A program made the position numbers and the translations under genes. The notes beneath the pieces are model-generated. The model was not told where the DNA came from. It saw only the letters and a program-made list of their open reading frames with translations, and did not search any database. A stretch of 51,206 nucleotides of DNA, counting the filler, from Deltaproteobacteria bacterium (GTDB taxonomy: Bacteria; Myxococcota; JACRCW01): NCBI GenBank assembly GCA_016218805.1. It is 2 parts of 2 records of this genome, joined end to end, with 100 filler letters (N's around TTAATTAATTAA, not from the genome) between each part and the next. Parts side by side here need not be neighbours in the genome. Positions count along the whole stretch, not along the records: positions 19,867 to 51,206 come from JACRCW010000048.1; 1 more part is not named here. The stretch is one strand, 5' to 3'. Position 1 is the stretch's first letter. Every line of letters starts with the position of its first letter. Below are positions 26,919-36,699 of this stretch, piece after piece.

Positions 26919-27914
26919 TCAGCGGGGGAACTGCACTTGCGCCTTCATTTCGCGCAGCCGCTGCAGGTTGGCCTGGTACACGTGGTTGTTGGGCTGCAGC
27001 TGCATGGCGCGCAGCAGGTGCTGTTCCGCGTCATCATAGGCGCCGCTGGCCAGCACCAGCACCATGGCCAGCTTGTGGTGGATGACCGCGGACGGCTCAA
27101 ACTCGGACAGCGCGCCCCGGTACAGGTTCACGGCGGCGGGGTAGTCCCCCCCGGAGTGGGACCGCGCGCCCAGGTCATGCAGGGTGCGCGCGCGCTGCTT
27201 GGCAAAGCGCGGGCTCTCCAGCTGCTCCATGAGCGCGTGCGTGTCCGGGTGGTCCGGGGACAGCATCCACGCCAACCGGGCGTATTCGCGCGCGCGGGCA
27301 AGGTCCCCGGCATCACGCGCGGTGCGCGCCTTCTCCAGCTCCGCCGTGGGGTCCTCCGCGGCAATGAACTCCTCGCGCGCCACCTTGCGCAGGGACATCT
27401 TGGCCACCTTCACCGGCTCCAGGGGCACCGGCGCCGGGGCGCGTTCCTCCTCCCTGCGGAAATGGATGAGGCCCTTCTCCTTGAGGTTCTGCAGCGCAAT
27501 GGCCGCCTCGTGCAGGGCCAGCCCGCTGGCCGCAATCACGTCATCCACAAACGTGGCCCCGTCAATGAGCGACAGCAGGTAGCCCTCAAACGGCGTCAGG
27601 CTCATGCCCGGGGTCAGCACCACCCCCGGGATCTTCTCCGGGATGCCGTGGTGCCGAAGTGACCCCGCGCCCGTCACGCCGGTGATGGTCGGTGGCTGCC
27701 AGGTCTCGCCCGCCCCGTCACCCGCCAGCGGGGGCGGCACCGCGTCCGCGCGCCCCAGCTCCGCGTTGAGCTCCTCCTCCAGGTCCACGTCCGTCTCAAA
27801 CCCCTCCGCCACGGGGAGCACGTCCTCCGCGCCCAGCTGCAGACCACAGCTCGCGCACGTCCCCTCGGCCGTGTCGATCCAGCTCTTGCGGCAGCGTGAA
27901 CAGCGGAGCTTCAT
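26919..27914 (-). CDS. Zinc-ribbon + winged-helix-like + TPR protein, paralogue of 17111..18883
   Basis: CSRC...CASC; LTPFEGYLLSLIDG...LKEKGLI; TPRs (HHKLAMVL, AMQLQPNN). Confidence 0.8.
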   Translation of the reverse strand: MKLRCSRCRKSWIDTAEGTCASCGLQLGAEDVLPVAEGFETDVDLEEELNAELGRADAVPPPLAGDGAGETWQPPTITGVTGAGSLRHHGIPEKIPGVVLTPGMSLTPFEGYLLSLIDGATFVDDVIAASGLALHEAAIALQNLKEKGLIHFRREEERAPAPVPLEPVKVAKMSLRKVAREEFIAAEDPTAELEKARTARDAGDLARAREYARLAWMLSPDHPDTHALMEQLESPRFAKQRARTLHDLGARSHSGGDYPAAVNLYRGALSEFEPSAVIHHKLAMVLVLASGAYDDAEQHLLRAMQLQPNNHVYQANLQRLREMKAQVQFPR

Positions 27915-28078
27915 GCGCGGGTTCCCCGGCGGGTGCGCCGGCTCCAGCGGAGACTCAATGGAACCGCGCGTTTCGTCAAGGTTGTGCGGGGTCCTCCCCC
28001 GCCCCGCTTGCGCCCGCCGGGGCGACCCACCCAAGATGCGCGTCCCTTCAGCGCCCCGCGCCCACCCGAGGTGAACCC

Positions 28079-28645
28079 ATGCGCGTGCTTGCCACCCTGC
28101 TCCTTGTGCTCCCCCTGCTGGCCGCCTGTGACAAGAAGCCCGCGTCCCTGTCCCTGGAGCCGCGGGAGTTGTTGCCGTTTGAGAAGAAAGGAAAGACGGT
28201 GCAACTCAAGGCGCAGACCAAGGATGACCGGGGCATCTTCCTGGCCACCGTGACCCCCGCCTATGAAAGCAGTGACCCCAGCGTGGCCAGCGTGGACGAC
28301 AAGGGCGTCATCACCGCCGAGGGCACCGGCAAGGCGGACATCAAGGCGACGTTTGAGGGCGTGAGCGCATCCGTGCCGGTGACGGTGAAGATTGTGGGCA
28401 GCGTGGAGATTGAACCCAGCGAGCCGCAGAAGCTCCGGATGGGCAAGACCATGAAGGTGAAGGTCACCGTGAAGGATGACCGCGGCAACGTGCTGCCCGG
28501 TGAGAAGTTTGTGTTCAAGACGTCCGGCTACACCATTGACCCGGACCCGGACGGGACCATTGCCGGGGTGGCGGTGGGCGAAGCGACCCTCATTGCCATC
28601 AGCCAGAACAAGGAAGCCCGGCTGAAGTTTGACGTCACGGAGTGA
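28079..28645 (+). CDS. Lipoprotein with two bacterial Ig-like (Big_2-type) domains
   Basis: LLAAC lipobox; ESSDPSVASVDDKGVITAEGTGKADIKAT Big_2 signature. Confidence 0.85.
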   Translation: MRVLATLLLVLPLLAACDKKPASLSLEPRELLPFEKKGKTVQLKAQTKDDRGIFLATVTPAYESSDPSVASVDDKGVITAEGTGKADIKATFEGVSASVPVTVKIVGSVEIEPSEPQKLRMGKTMKVKVTVKDDRGNVLPGEKFVFKTSGYTIDPDPDGTIAGVAVGEATLIAISQNKEARLKFDVTE

Positions 28646-29444
28646 CGCGGTGGAACTGGCGCGTGACGCGCTGGCCGCGCTGGGTGAGGGTGCGCGCGAC
28701 CTGTGCGCCGGCGCCGCGCGGCTGATGCTGTTTGTGGTGTCCGTGCTGCGGCATGGGGCGCTGCCCCCCGCGGGCCCGCTGGCCGAGCAGTGCTGGGTGC
28801 TCAGCCGCCAGTGCGTCCTGCCGGTGACGCTGGTGGTGTTGCCCATGGGGGCGCTCATCAGCCTGCAGGGCGCGTCCCTCATTGAGTCCTTTGGCGTGGA
28901 ACGCCTGCTGGCCCCGCTGGTGGCGCTGACCGCGGTGCGCGAGCTGGCGCCGGGCTTTGCGGCCATGATGGTGGCCATGCAGGCGGGCACCGCGGTGTCC
29001 GCTGAGGTGGCGGTGATGCGCGTGCGCGAAGAGCTGGACGCGTACGAGTTGATGGCGGTGGACCCGCTGCGCCACGTGGTGGCGCCGCGGCTGTGGGCGG
29101 GGATGCTGGTGGCGCCGCTGCTGAGCGTGCTGGCGCTGCTGTGGGCGGTGATGGGCGCGTGGGCGGTGGCGGTGGGGGCGCGCGGGTTCGCGTCCCGGGC
29201 GTTCCTGGAGGGCTGCCTGGTCACCATCACGCCGTGGGACCTGGCGGCCATGACCATCAAGAGCGCGGTGTTTGGGTTGGTGCTGTGCGCGGTGGCCTGC
29301 TTTGAGGGGTGGTACGCGCGTGGCGGTGCGCTGGGGGTGGGCCGGGCCACCAACCGCGCGGTGGTGGGCGCCATCCTGGGCATCCTGATGTTCAACTACG
29401 TGCTCAACTCGCTGCTGTACGGGGCGCCGGCGGTGTTCACGTGA
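28629..29444 (+). CDS. mlaE: MlaE/YrbE-family ABC permease (copy 1)
   Basis: RELAPG...AGTAVSAEVAVMRVREELDAYELMAVDP...PR; GVGRATNRAVV; start approximate. Confidence 0.9.
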   Translation: MTSRSDAVELARDALAALGEGARDLCAGAARLMLFVVSVLRHGALPPAGPLAEQCWVLSRQCVLPVTLVVLPMGALISLQGASLIESFGVERLLAPLVALTAVRELAPGFAAMMVAMQAGTAVSAEVAVMRVREELDAYELMAVDPLRHVVAPRLWAGMLVAPLLSVLALLWAVMGAWAVAVGARGFASRAFLEGCLVTITPWDLAAMTIKSAVFGLVLCAVACFEGWYARGGALGVGRATNRAVVGAILGILMFNYVLNSLLYGAPAVFT

Positions 29445-30193
29445 GGGCCGTGGTGGACGCGCTGGCGTCCGTGGGCGCGTTCTCCCGCTTCTGCGTCCGC
29501 GGCGTGCGGGTCCTCCCGCGCATGGACCGCCGCGAAACGCTGGACGTCGCCGCGTCCATGGCGTTTGGCACGCTGCTGGTCACCTTGGCGGTCACCGCGT
29601 TTGCCGGGGCCATGCTCACCGTGCAGGGGTTTGCCTCGCTCAAGGCGTTTGGCACGCCGGAGTTGCTGGGGATGTTCATCTCGCTGGCCGGCGTGCGCGA
29701 GGTGTTCCCGCTGATTGCTGCCGGCTGCATTGGGGCCAAGCTGGGGAGTGCGCTGGCCGCGGAGGTGGCCACGCTGCGCACCGGCCAGCAGCTGGACGCG
29801 CTGGAGGTGATGGGCATTGAGCCGCTGGAGCACCTGCTGATGCCGCGCATGACGGCGGCCACGCTGGTCACCCCGCTGCTGGCGGGGCTGGGCGTGCTGT
29901 GCGGGCTGGGGGCGTCCGGCGTCATTGCCACCCTGCAGCTGGGCGTGGACCCGGGGGCGTTCTGGGCGCGCGCGCTGGACTCCATCCACCCACGGGACAT
30001 TGCCGCGGGGCTCACCAAGGCGCTGGCGTTTGGTGCGCTGACGGGCAGCCTGGGTTGCTGGCACGGGTACACCGCGGGCAGCGGGCCGTGGGCGGTGGGC
30101 CGGGCCGCCAACCTCACCGTGGTGCAGCTGATGGTGGTGGGCGCGCTGGTGAACCTGCTGCTGTCCCACCTGTTCTACGGAGGGTTGCTGTGA
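29441..30193 (+). CDS. mlaE: MlaE/YrbE-family ABC permease (copy 2)
   Basis: REVFP...GSALAAEVATLRTGQQLDALEVMGIEP...PR; GTGA overlap. Confidence 0.9.
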   Translation: MRAVVDALASVGAFSRFCVRGVRVLPRMDRRETLDVAASMAFGTLLVTLAVTAFAGAMLTVQGFASLKAFGTPELLGMFISLAGVREVFPLIAAGCIGAKLGSALAAEVATLRTGQQLDALEVMGIEPLEHLLMPRMTAATLVTPLLAGLGVLCGLGASGVIATLQLGVDPGAFWARALDSIHPRDIAAGLTKALAFGALTGSLGCWHGYTAGSGPWAVGRAANLTVVQLMVVGALVNLLLSHLFYGGLL

Positions 30194-30948
30194 GTGACCC
30201 GGTCATTGAGCTGCGCGACGTCACGCGGCGCTTTGGTGCGCTGACGGTGCTGGACGGGGTGAGCATGTCCCTGCTGCGCGGGGAGACCACGGTGATTGTT
30301 GGCCCGTCCGGGACGGGCAAGAGCACGCTCATCAAGCTGCTGGTGGGACTGCTCAAGCCGGACGCGGGCACGGTGCTGGTGGACGGGCAGGACGTGGGCA
30401 AGCTGGGGCGCGCGGAGCTGATGCGGCTGCGGCGGAAATTCGGGATGCTGTTCCAGGACGGCGCGCTGTTTCACGGCATGACGGTGGCGCAGAACGTGGC
30501 GTTCCCGCTGCGGCACCATCTGGCGCTCAAGCGTGAGGAGGAGGAGCGGCGCGTGGAGGTGGCGTTGCAGCAGGTGGGCCTGCCCGGCCTGGGGCGCCGC
30601 CGCCCGGACGAGCTCAGCGGAGGCCAGCGCAAGCGGGTGGGCCTGGCGCGCGCGCTGGTGATGGAGCCGATGATCGTGCTGTTTGACGAGCCCACCAGCG
30701 GGTTGGACCCGGTGACCAGCGCGGCCATTGACGAGCTGATTGTGGACACGCGCAAGCGGCTGGGGCTGACGTTTGTGGTCATCACGCATGACGTGCAGAG
30801 TTGCGTACACATTGCGGACCGCGTGGGGATGCTGTGGGAGGGCCGGCTGCGCGCGTGGGGTCCGCTGGCCGAGGTCACCGCGTCAACGGACCCGGTGGTA
30901 CGCCAGTTCTTTGACCGACGCAGCGACGGGCCCATCAAGGTGGTGTGA
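30190..30948 (+). CDS. mlaF: MlaF/Mkl-type ABC ATPase
   Basis: GPSGTGKS, FQDGALF, LSGGQRKRVGLARA, FDEPTSGLDP, ITHD. Confidence 0.92.
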   Translation: MSDPVIELRDVTRRFGALTVLDGVSMSLLRGETTVIVGPSGTGKSTLIKLLVGLLKPDAGTVLVDGQDVGKLGRAELMRLRRKFGMLFQDGALFHGMTVAQNVAFPLRHHLALKREEEERRVEVALQQVGLPGLGRRRPDELSGGQRKRVGLARALVMEPMIVLFDEPTSGLDPVTSAAIDELIVDTRKRLGLTFVVITHDVQSCVHIADRVGMLWEGRLRAWGPLAEVTASTDPVVRQFFDRRSDGPIKVV

Positions 30949-30997
30949 GGGGCCGCGACCGCGCGGGCGACATCCCATCTGGCGCGCGCGAGGCTGA

Positions 30998-31236
30998 GCC
31001 ACGTCGTAGGGCGGGGGCTTGTCCGGCTTGTCCCCCGCCCGGGTCAGTCCCCGCGAACGTGTCGCCATGGCCCGCCGCGCCATCCTGACGGGCGCTTTCG
31101 GGGAGGTTGGTCAGACGCCGTGGGCAAGGTCGCGCCAAACCCGCTTCCTGCGACGTGGCGGAGGCGTCGTGGGGTCGGGATGACCCTGTTGCTCACTCGG
31201 GCGGTAGGACAAGCCCGGACAAGCCCCCGCCCTTCC
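30998..31236. repeat. GTAG-type REP doublet (REPIN-like inverted pair)
   Basis: GTAG-GGCGGGGG-N14-CCCCCGCC at 31006-31039; inverted near-copy at ~31192-31236; partial inverted copy of the left flank at 31140-31159. Confidence 0.7.
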
Positions 31237-31338
31237 AAGCAATGCGCTCGCCGCTGCGACGTCACTTCCCACTGCGGGTTGCCCGCCCGTGGTTCACAGC
31301 GCGCGACGGGTTTCCTCACCGCGGCGCCGCCCGTGCAG

Positions 31339-32205
31339 TCACGCGCCGCGCGGCAGGCGCAGGAGCCGGGTCAACAGCGCGTCACGCGCCCGGTCGGGGA
31401 CCAGCCACGCCAAGGCCGCCTGGGCACGCGCGTCGTTCCCCACCAGGTAGCGCGTGCGCGGCTCATCGTCAGTGAGCGCGTCTTCCACCACAGCAGTCAC
31501 CGTCTCCACCGGGGCCGCCCGCCGCTGGATGGCCGCCACGGCCTCCCGAACGCGCCGCGTCGTCTCGCCGTACAGCGTGGCCGCCGCGGGGGGGAGCGCC
31601 GCCTCCAGTTCGTCCGCGTGGCGGCCGCTCTTTTCCCAGATGGGCGTGGCAATGGCCCCCGGCTCCACCAGGATCACCTTGATCCCCCACGGCGCCAGCT
31701 CCAGCCGCATGGCATCTGACAACGCCTCCACCGCAAACTTGCTGGCCGCGTACGGCCCCGTGAACGGCGAGGCCATCCGCCCCGATACGCTCCCCATGTG
31801 GACGATCCGGCCCCGCGCCTTGCGGATCAGCGGCAGGAAAGCCTGGGTGACCGCCAACAGGCCCACCACGTTCACTTCCAACTGCCACCGCAGCTTCTCC
31901 ACCGGCAGGAACTCCAGCGGCCCCGCCACCACAATCCCCGCGTTGTTGACCAGCCCGGCCAGCCCCGCGTCACCCACCGCTGCCGTCACGGTGTCCGCCG
32001 CCGCGCGGACGGACTCCGCGCGGGTCACATCCAACATCAGCGGGACCACCTCCCCCGCGGCGGCCTGCCGCAGCGCTTCCCCGTCCTCCGCGCGCCGCAC
32101 GCCGGCAAACACGCGGAACCCCGCGCGCGCCAGCTGCTGCGCGCACGCCCGGCCAATGCCGGTGGATGCCCCTGTGATGACCACTGACCCGCGCCCCATC
32201 GCCAT
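31339..32205 (-). CDS. Short-chain dehydrogenase/reductase
   Basis: TGASTGIG, LVNNAG, GS, YAASK, EPGAIAT. Confidence 0.93.
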   Translation of the reverse strand: MAMGRGSVVITGASTGIGRACAQQLARAGFRVFAGVRRAEDGEALRQAAAGEVVPLMLDVTRAESVRAAADTVTAAVGDAGLAGLVNNAGIVVAGPLEFLPVEKLRWQLEVNVVGLLAVTQAFLPLIRKARGRIVHMGSVSGRMASPFTGPYAASKFAVEALSDAMRLELAPWGIKVILVEPGAIATPIWEKSGRHADELEAALPPAAATLYGETTRRVREAVAAIQRRAAPVETVTAVVEDALTDDEPRTRYLVGNDARAQAALAWLVPDRARDALLTRLLRLPRGA

Positions 32206-32350
32206 GCGAAACTCCTGCGCCCCCGCGGGTGGGCCATCGGGCTCTTCGGCCGGCCGCGTCAAGGGTTGCTCGGTTGTCCGGCGGATGCGGCAGCGGGGTG
32301 GCATCGGTAGCCTTTCCTTCATCCGTTTGTCGTAGGTCATGGAGGCCCTC

Positions 32351-34477
32351 ATGCGCGCCCTGCACTGCTTGTGGATCCCGGTGTTTGCCCTGGCCGCGCT
32401 GCCCGCCTGCGGCGGCTGCACCGCCGTGGTGAGTGACGAGGACGGCGGCGGGACCAGCAGCGGGCAGAGTTCGGGTGACGGCGGCGGGCTGGCGCGCGTG
32501 GACGGCGGCACCAGCGGCGGCACCAGCGGGACGTCCGGCGCGTCGGGGAGTTCCGGCAGCTCGGGGGCCAGCGGCGGCTCGTCGGGCGGGTCCAGCGGGT
32601 TTGTGTCCGGGTGCACGGCCACCGAGCGCTGCGGGGACGGGCTGGACAACAACTGCAACAACACGGTGGATGAGAACTGCGGGTGCGTCCCCGGTGATTC
32701 GCAGCCCTGTTACGTGGGGGATCCGGCGCACGCCGGCGTGGGCATCTGCACCAAGGGCACCATGAACTGCGAACCGGTGGGCGAGGACGGCGAGTGGGGC
32801 GCCTGCACCGGCAGCGTGGCACCGCAGGGTGTCCAGTGCGGCAGCGGCGTGGATTACACGTGCACGGGTGACCCGGACTACGGCTGCGCCTGCCACCTGG
32901 GCGCCATGCGTGACTGCTACACGGGCGCCGCCGGCACCAGTGGCGTGGGGGTGTGCCACGGCGGGTCCCAGACGTGCGTGAACGGCTCCGCCGGCCCGGA
33001 GTGGAGCACCTGCGCGGGCGAAGTCACGCCCTCCGCCGAGACCTGCGACGGGGCGGACCACGACTGCAACGGCACCACCAACGACGGCTGCGCGTGCACG
33101 CTGGGCGCCACCCAGGCCTGCTACACCGGCCCCGCCGGCACCAACGGCGTGGGGCTGTGTCACGGAGGAACGCAGGAATGCCTGCCGGGCGGCAGCGGAC
33201 CCACCTGGTCACCCTGCAACAACGAGGTGATCCCCACCGCGGAGGCATGCGACGGGGCGGACCACAACTGCAACGGCACGCCCAACGACGGGTGCGGCTG
33301 CACGGTGGGCCAGACGCAGCCCTGTTACAGCGGGCCGGCCGGGACCAGCGGCGTGGGCCAGTGTCACGGCGGCACGCAGACCTGCCAGTCCAACGGCGGC
33401 AGCAGCGCGTACGGCACCTGTGACGGGGAAGTGACGCCTGCCGCGGACAGCTGTGACGGCGTGGACCGTGACTGTGACGGCAACCCGCTGACCAACTGCG
33501 CCTGCCAGCTGGGCGCCAGCCAGGCCTGCTACGAGGGACCGGCAGGGACGCAGGGCGTGGGCATCTGCCACGCGGGCACGCAGGCCTGCGTGGCCTCTGG
33601 CGGCGGCGCCACGTGGGGCACGTGCAGCGGACAGCAGACGCCGGGGGCGGTGGAGATCTGCGGCAACGGCCTGGATGACAATTGCGCCAACGGCGTGGAT
33701 GAAAACTGCGAAGGCCTGCAATGCCCCGCGGACATCACCATCCCTGCCGGCACCCCCGCCACGCTCACCGCCAGCGGCACGGGCATCACCAGCTACAGCT
33801 GGGCAATCACCGCGCAGCCGGGCAACGCGGGCAGCAGCGCGGAGTGGACACCCGCCCCGCCCAACCAGGCCTCCGTGCAGTTCCGCCCGTACATCGTGGG
33901 CGTGTACACGCTGACGGTGACGGGGCGGGACGCACAGGGCCGCACGTATTCGTGCGAAGTACACGTGACCGCGCAGGCCCACGGGTTGCGCGTGGAGTTG
34001 TCCTGGAACGGCGCGGGTGACGTGGACCTGCACCTGCACAACGGCACCAACACGTTCTGGTTCAACCCGGATGACTGCTACTACGGCAACTGCATCCCGC
34101 CGCCGACGATTTACGGACAGGCCGGTCCGCGCCCGTGGGGTTCGCGGCTGGATGTGGACAACGTGACGGCGGACGGGCCGGAGAACATCAACATGGACAC
34201 TCCCGCCATTGGCGAGCGGTACACCATTGGCGTGCACAACTACACGCGCGCCGCCGGCCGGACGCCCGTGGTGAAGGTCTACTGCGGGTTGACGGGCAAC
34301 GGATTGGTGCCACAGCAGACGTTCACCGGCCGCGCGCTCAACGGCGCGGACAACGGGCCGTGCACCGCCAATGACTTCTGGCGCGTGGCGGACATCACGT
34401 TCACCGCCGCCGGCGTGTGCACCATCACCAACGTGGACCGCTACACCGAGAGCAACGACGCCTGCGCCAACCGCTGA
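32351..34477 (+). CDS. Cys-rich repeat lipoprotein (MopE-like metal-binding repeats, PKD-like and YfaP/DUF2135-like C-terminal domains)
   Basis: LPAC lipobox; Gly/Ser linker; CDG-x-D-x2-C-x-G motifs in 68-aa repeats; VELSW...DVDLHL...LDVDN...GPENI. Confidence 0.85.
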   Translation: MRALHCLWIPVFALAALPACGGCTAVVSDEDGGGTSSGQSSGDGGGLARVDGGTSGGTSGTSGASGSSGSSGASGGSSGGSSGFVSGCTATERCGDGLDNNCNNTVDENCGCVPGDSQPCYVGDPAHAGVGICTKGTMNCEPVGEDGEWGACTGSVAPQGVQCGSGVDYTCTGDPDYGCACHLGAMRDCYTGAAGTSGVGVCHGGSQTCVNGSAGPEWSTCAGEVTPSAETCDGADHDCNGTTNDGCACTLGATQACYTGPAGTNGVGLCHGGTQECLPGGSGPTWSPCNNEVIPTAEACDGADHNCNGTPNDGCGCTVGQTQPCYSGPAGTSGVGQCHGGTQTCQSNGGSSAYGTCDGEVTPAADSCDGVDRDCDGNPLTNCACQLGASQACYEGPAGTQGVGICHAGTQACVASGGGATWGTCSGQQTPGAVEICGNGLDDNCANGVDENCEGLQCPADITIPAGTPATLTASGTGITSYSWAITAQPGNAGSSAEWTPAPPNQASVQFRPYIVGVYTLTVTGRDAQGRTYSCEVHVTAQAHGLRVELSWNGAGDVDLHLHNGTNTFWFNPDDCYYGNCIPPPTIYGQAGPRPWGSRLDVDNVTADGPENINMDTPAIGERYTIGVHNYTRAAGRTPVVKVYCGLTGNGLVPQQTFTGRALNGADNGPCTANDFWRVADITFTAAGVCTITNVDRYTESNDACANR
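32882..33697 (+). repeat. 204-bp intragenic tandem repeat, about 4 copies
   Basis: Unit starts at 32882, 33086, 33290 and 33494. Confidence 0.85.
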
Positions 34478-34485
34478 GGCCCGGC

Positions 34486-36696
34486 GTGTCCCCAACCTAC
34501 GACCGGCAGGACCGTGGCAGCGCGGCGGGATACGCCGCGTATTTCGCGGGGATGAACAAGTCCATGCAGCAGAAGGTGGCGCTGACCACCGCGCACTTCC
34601 CGCCGTCCGGCACGCTGGCGGACATGGGCAGCGGGTCAGGGCAGGCCACGCTGGACCTGGCAGCGCTGTACCCGGGGCTGTCCGTGGTGGGCGTGGACAT
34701 CTCGCCGGCGGCGGTGGCCATCTCCACGCAGACGCACCGGCGGGACAACCTGCGTTACGTCGTGGGAGACGTGGCGGACCCCATCTTCCCGGACGGGCAC
34801 CTGGACGGGATCCTGGACTCGTCCGTGCTGCACCACGTGACCAGCTTCAACGGGTTTTCCCTGGCGCGGGTGGAGGCGCTGATGGACCACCAGTGCGCGC
34901 AACTGCGCACGGGCGGCGTGCTCATCATCCGTGACTTTGTGGTGCCGGACGGGCCGGAGGAGGCGGTGCTGGCGCTCCCCACCACGGACGGCCAGGACGA
35001 CGGACCGGTGCCCGCGCTGTCCACCGCCGCGCTGTTCCGGCGCTTTGCGCGGGACTTCCGCAGCAGCCGCAACCGGGACGGGCCGGTGCCCTACGAAACG
35101 CTGCCCCCGCGGCGCCCCGGTTGGCGTTCTTACCGGCTGGCATTGCGGGCGGCGGCAGAGTTCGTGCTGCGCAAGGACTACCGGCAGGACTGGGACGTGG
35201 AGCTGCTGGAGGAATACACGTACTGGTCGCAGGCGGACTTTGAGCGCGCGTTTTCGGCGCGCGGCCTGCGCGTGGTGGTGTCCTGCCCGCTGTACAACTG
35301 GTGGGTGGTGGAGAACCGCTACCGCGGGCGGTTCGCGCTGGAGGACGCGGACGGGCGGCCGCTGCCGTTCCCACCCACCAACTTCCTCGTCGTCGGGGAA
35401 AAGGCCCCTCCCGGCGCCGGCGTCGCCCTGCGCGAAGCCTCCTCCGCGACCGTTGAGCGGCCCGCCTTCCTGCGGCTGGAGCGCCACCGCCACGTGGCCA
35501 CCGGGCGTCTGTTTGACCTGGTGCACCGGCCGCAGCGCACGCTGGATGTGCTGCCGTGGTTTGACGTTGACACCCGCCTGTTTGTGCTGGCGCGCCACGG
35601 CTTCCCACGGCCCATTGTGAACGTGCGCGGCGCGGGCCGGGACCTCGTGGGCCACCACGGGGCCGGGTACATCACGGAGCCCATCGCCGCCATTGTTGAC
35701 GGAGAGCAGCCTCCCCGCGCGGCGGTGGAGCGCGTGCTGGCGGAGCGCGCGGGCATCACCCCGGCGGACATCCATGACGTCACCGGGCCGTTTGCGTACT
35801 TCACGTCCCCCGGCGGCCTGAATGAGCGCGTGGACGCGTGCCTGGTCCGCGTGGCGCCGTGGCGGGAGCAGCGCCCCATCACCAACTACGCGCCGTTCTC
35901 CTCCAGCGGTGACGTGCGCTTCCTGGACGCCACCCAGGCGCTGCGCGCGTGTCACGTGGGCGGCATGTTTGACGCGCGGCTGGAACTCAACATCTACCGG
36001 CTGTGCCTCTCATTGGGCCGCGCGGTGGGACCGTGGATTGGCGCTGAACCCGCCGTCCTCCCCGCGGAGCACCCGCGCGCCAGCGTGCCCGCTGCCGACG
36101 TGGTGCGTGTGCCCGACCAGCGCGCGTTCCAGCGCGTGGAGGATGGCCCGCCCGGGTTCTTGGACGTGCGGCAGGGCACGTTTGAGGAGACAGACGCGGC
36201 GGGCGGGGTGCTGCACACAGCGCAGTTTGAATACGTGGTGCCGCGCGCGTTGAGCCACAACACACTCTCCGCGCTGCCGGTGATGCGGGTGGATGCGGGC
36301 TGGCTGGTGGGCCTGGAGCTGCGGGACCTGCCCGCGGTGCAGGCGTTTGAAGGCTCCAGCGCGGTGCTCACCGTGCCCGCGTGCCGCCTGCCGCGCCACG
36401 TCGTGGATCTTGACGGTGCGGAAGCGCACGCGGTGCGGCAGTTCACCGGGGAATTCGGCCTGCGCATCCGGCGGTTGTTCGCGTTGGGTGGGCGGTATCA
36501 CCCGTCCACGGGCGTGACCCCGGAGGTGGTCTACCCGTACCTGGCGGACGTGGCGTCCCAGGAGGACGGCGCGCGGCCGCTTGCGTGGGTGCGCCTGGAC
36601 GACGTCATCGCGCACATAGGTGGGTTGCGCGACGCGCACCTGCTGGTCTCCCTGCTGCGCACCGCGCACGCCACGGGCGTGCTGCGGACGGCGTGA
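34486..36696 (+). CDS. Class I SAM-dependent methyltransferase fused to two Nudix-like domains
   Basis: [24 protein letters not shown]; Nudix-like [19 protein letters not shown] + [10 protein letters not shown] and [11 protein letters not shown] + [10 protein letters not shown]...DAH. Confidence 0.8.
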   Translation: MSPTYDRQDRGSAAGYAAYFAGMNKSMQQKVALTTAHFPPSGTLADMGSGSGQATLDLAALYPGLSVVGVDISPAAVAISTQTHRRDNLRYVVGDVADPIFPDGHLDGILDSSVLHHVTSFNGFSLARVEALMDHQCAQLRTGGVLIIRDFVVPDGPEEAVLALPTTDGQDDGPVPALSTAALFRRFARDFRSSRNRDGPVPYETLPPRRPGWRSYRLALRAAAEFVLRKDYRQDWDVELLEEYTYWSQADFERAFSARGLRVVVSCPLYNWWVVENRYRGRFALEDADGRPLPFPPTNFLVVGEKAPPGAGVALREASSATVERPAFLRLERHRHVATGRLFDLVHRPQRTLDVLPWFDVDTRLFVLARHGFPRPIVNVRGAGRDLVGHHGAGYITEPIAAIVDGEQPPRAAVERVLAERAGITPADIHDVTGPFAYFTSPGGLNERVDACLVRVAPWREQRPITNYAPFSSSGDVRFLDATQALRACHVGGMFDARLELNIYRLCLSLGRAVGPWIGAEPAVLPAEHPRASVPAADVVRVPDQRAFQRVEDGPPGFLDVRQGTFEETDAAGGVLHTAQFEYVVPRALSHNTLSALPVMRVDAGWLVGLELRDLPAVQAFEGSSAVLTVPACRLPRHVVDLDGAEAHAVRQFTGEFGLRIRRLFALGGRYHPSTGVTPEVVYPYLADVASQEDGARPLAWVRLDDVIAHIGGLRDAHLLVSLLRTAHATGVLRTA

Positions 36697-36699
36697 GAT

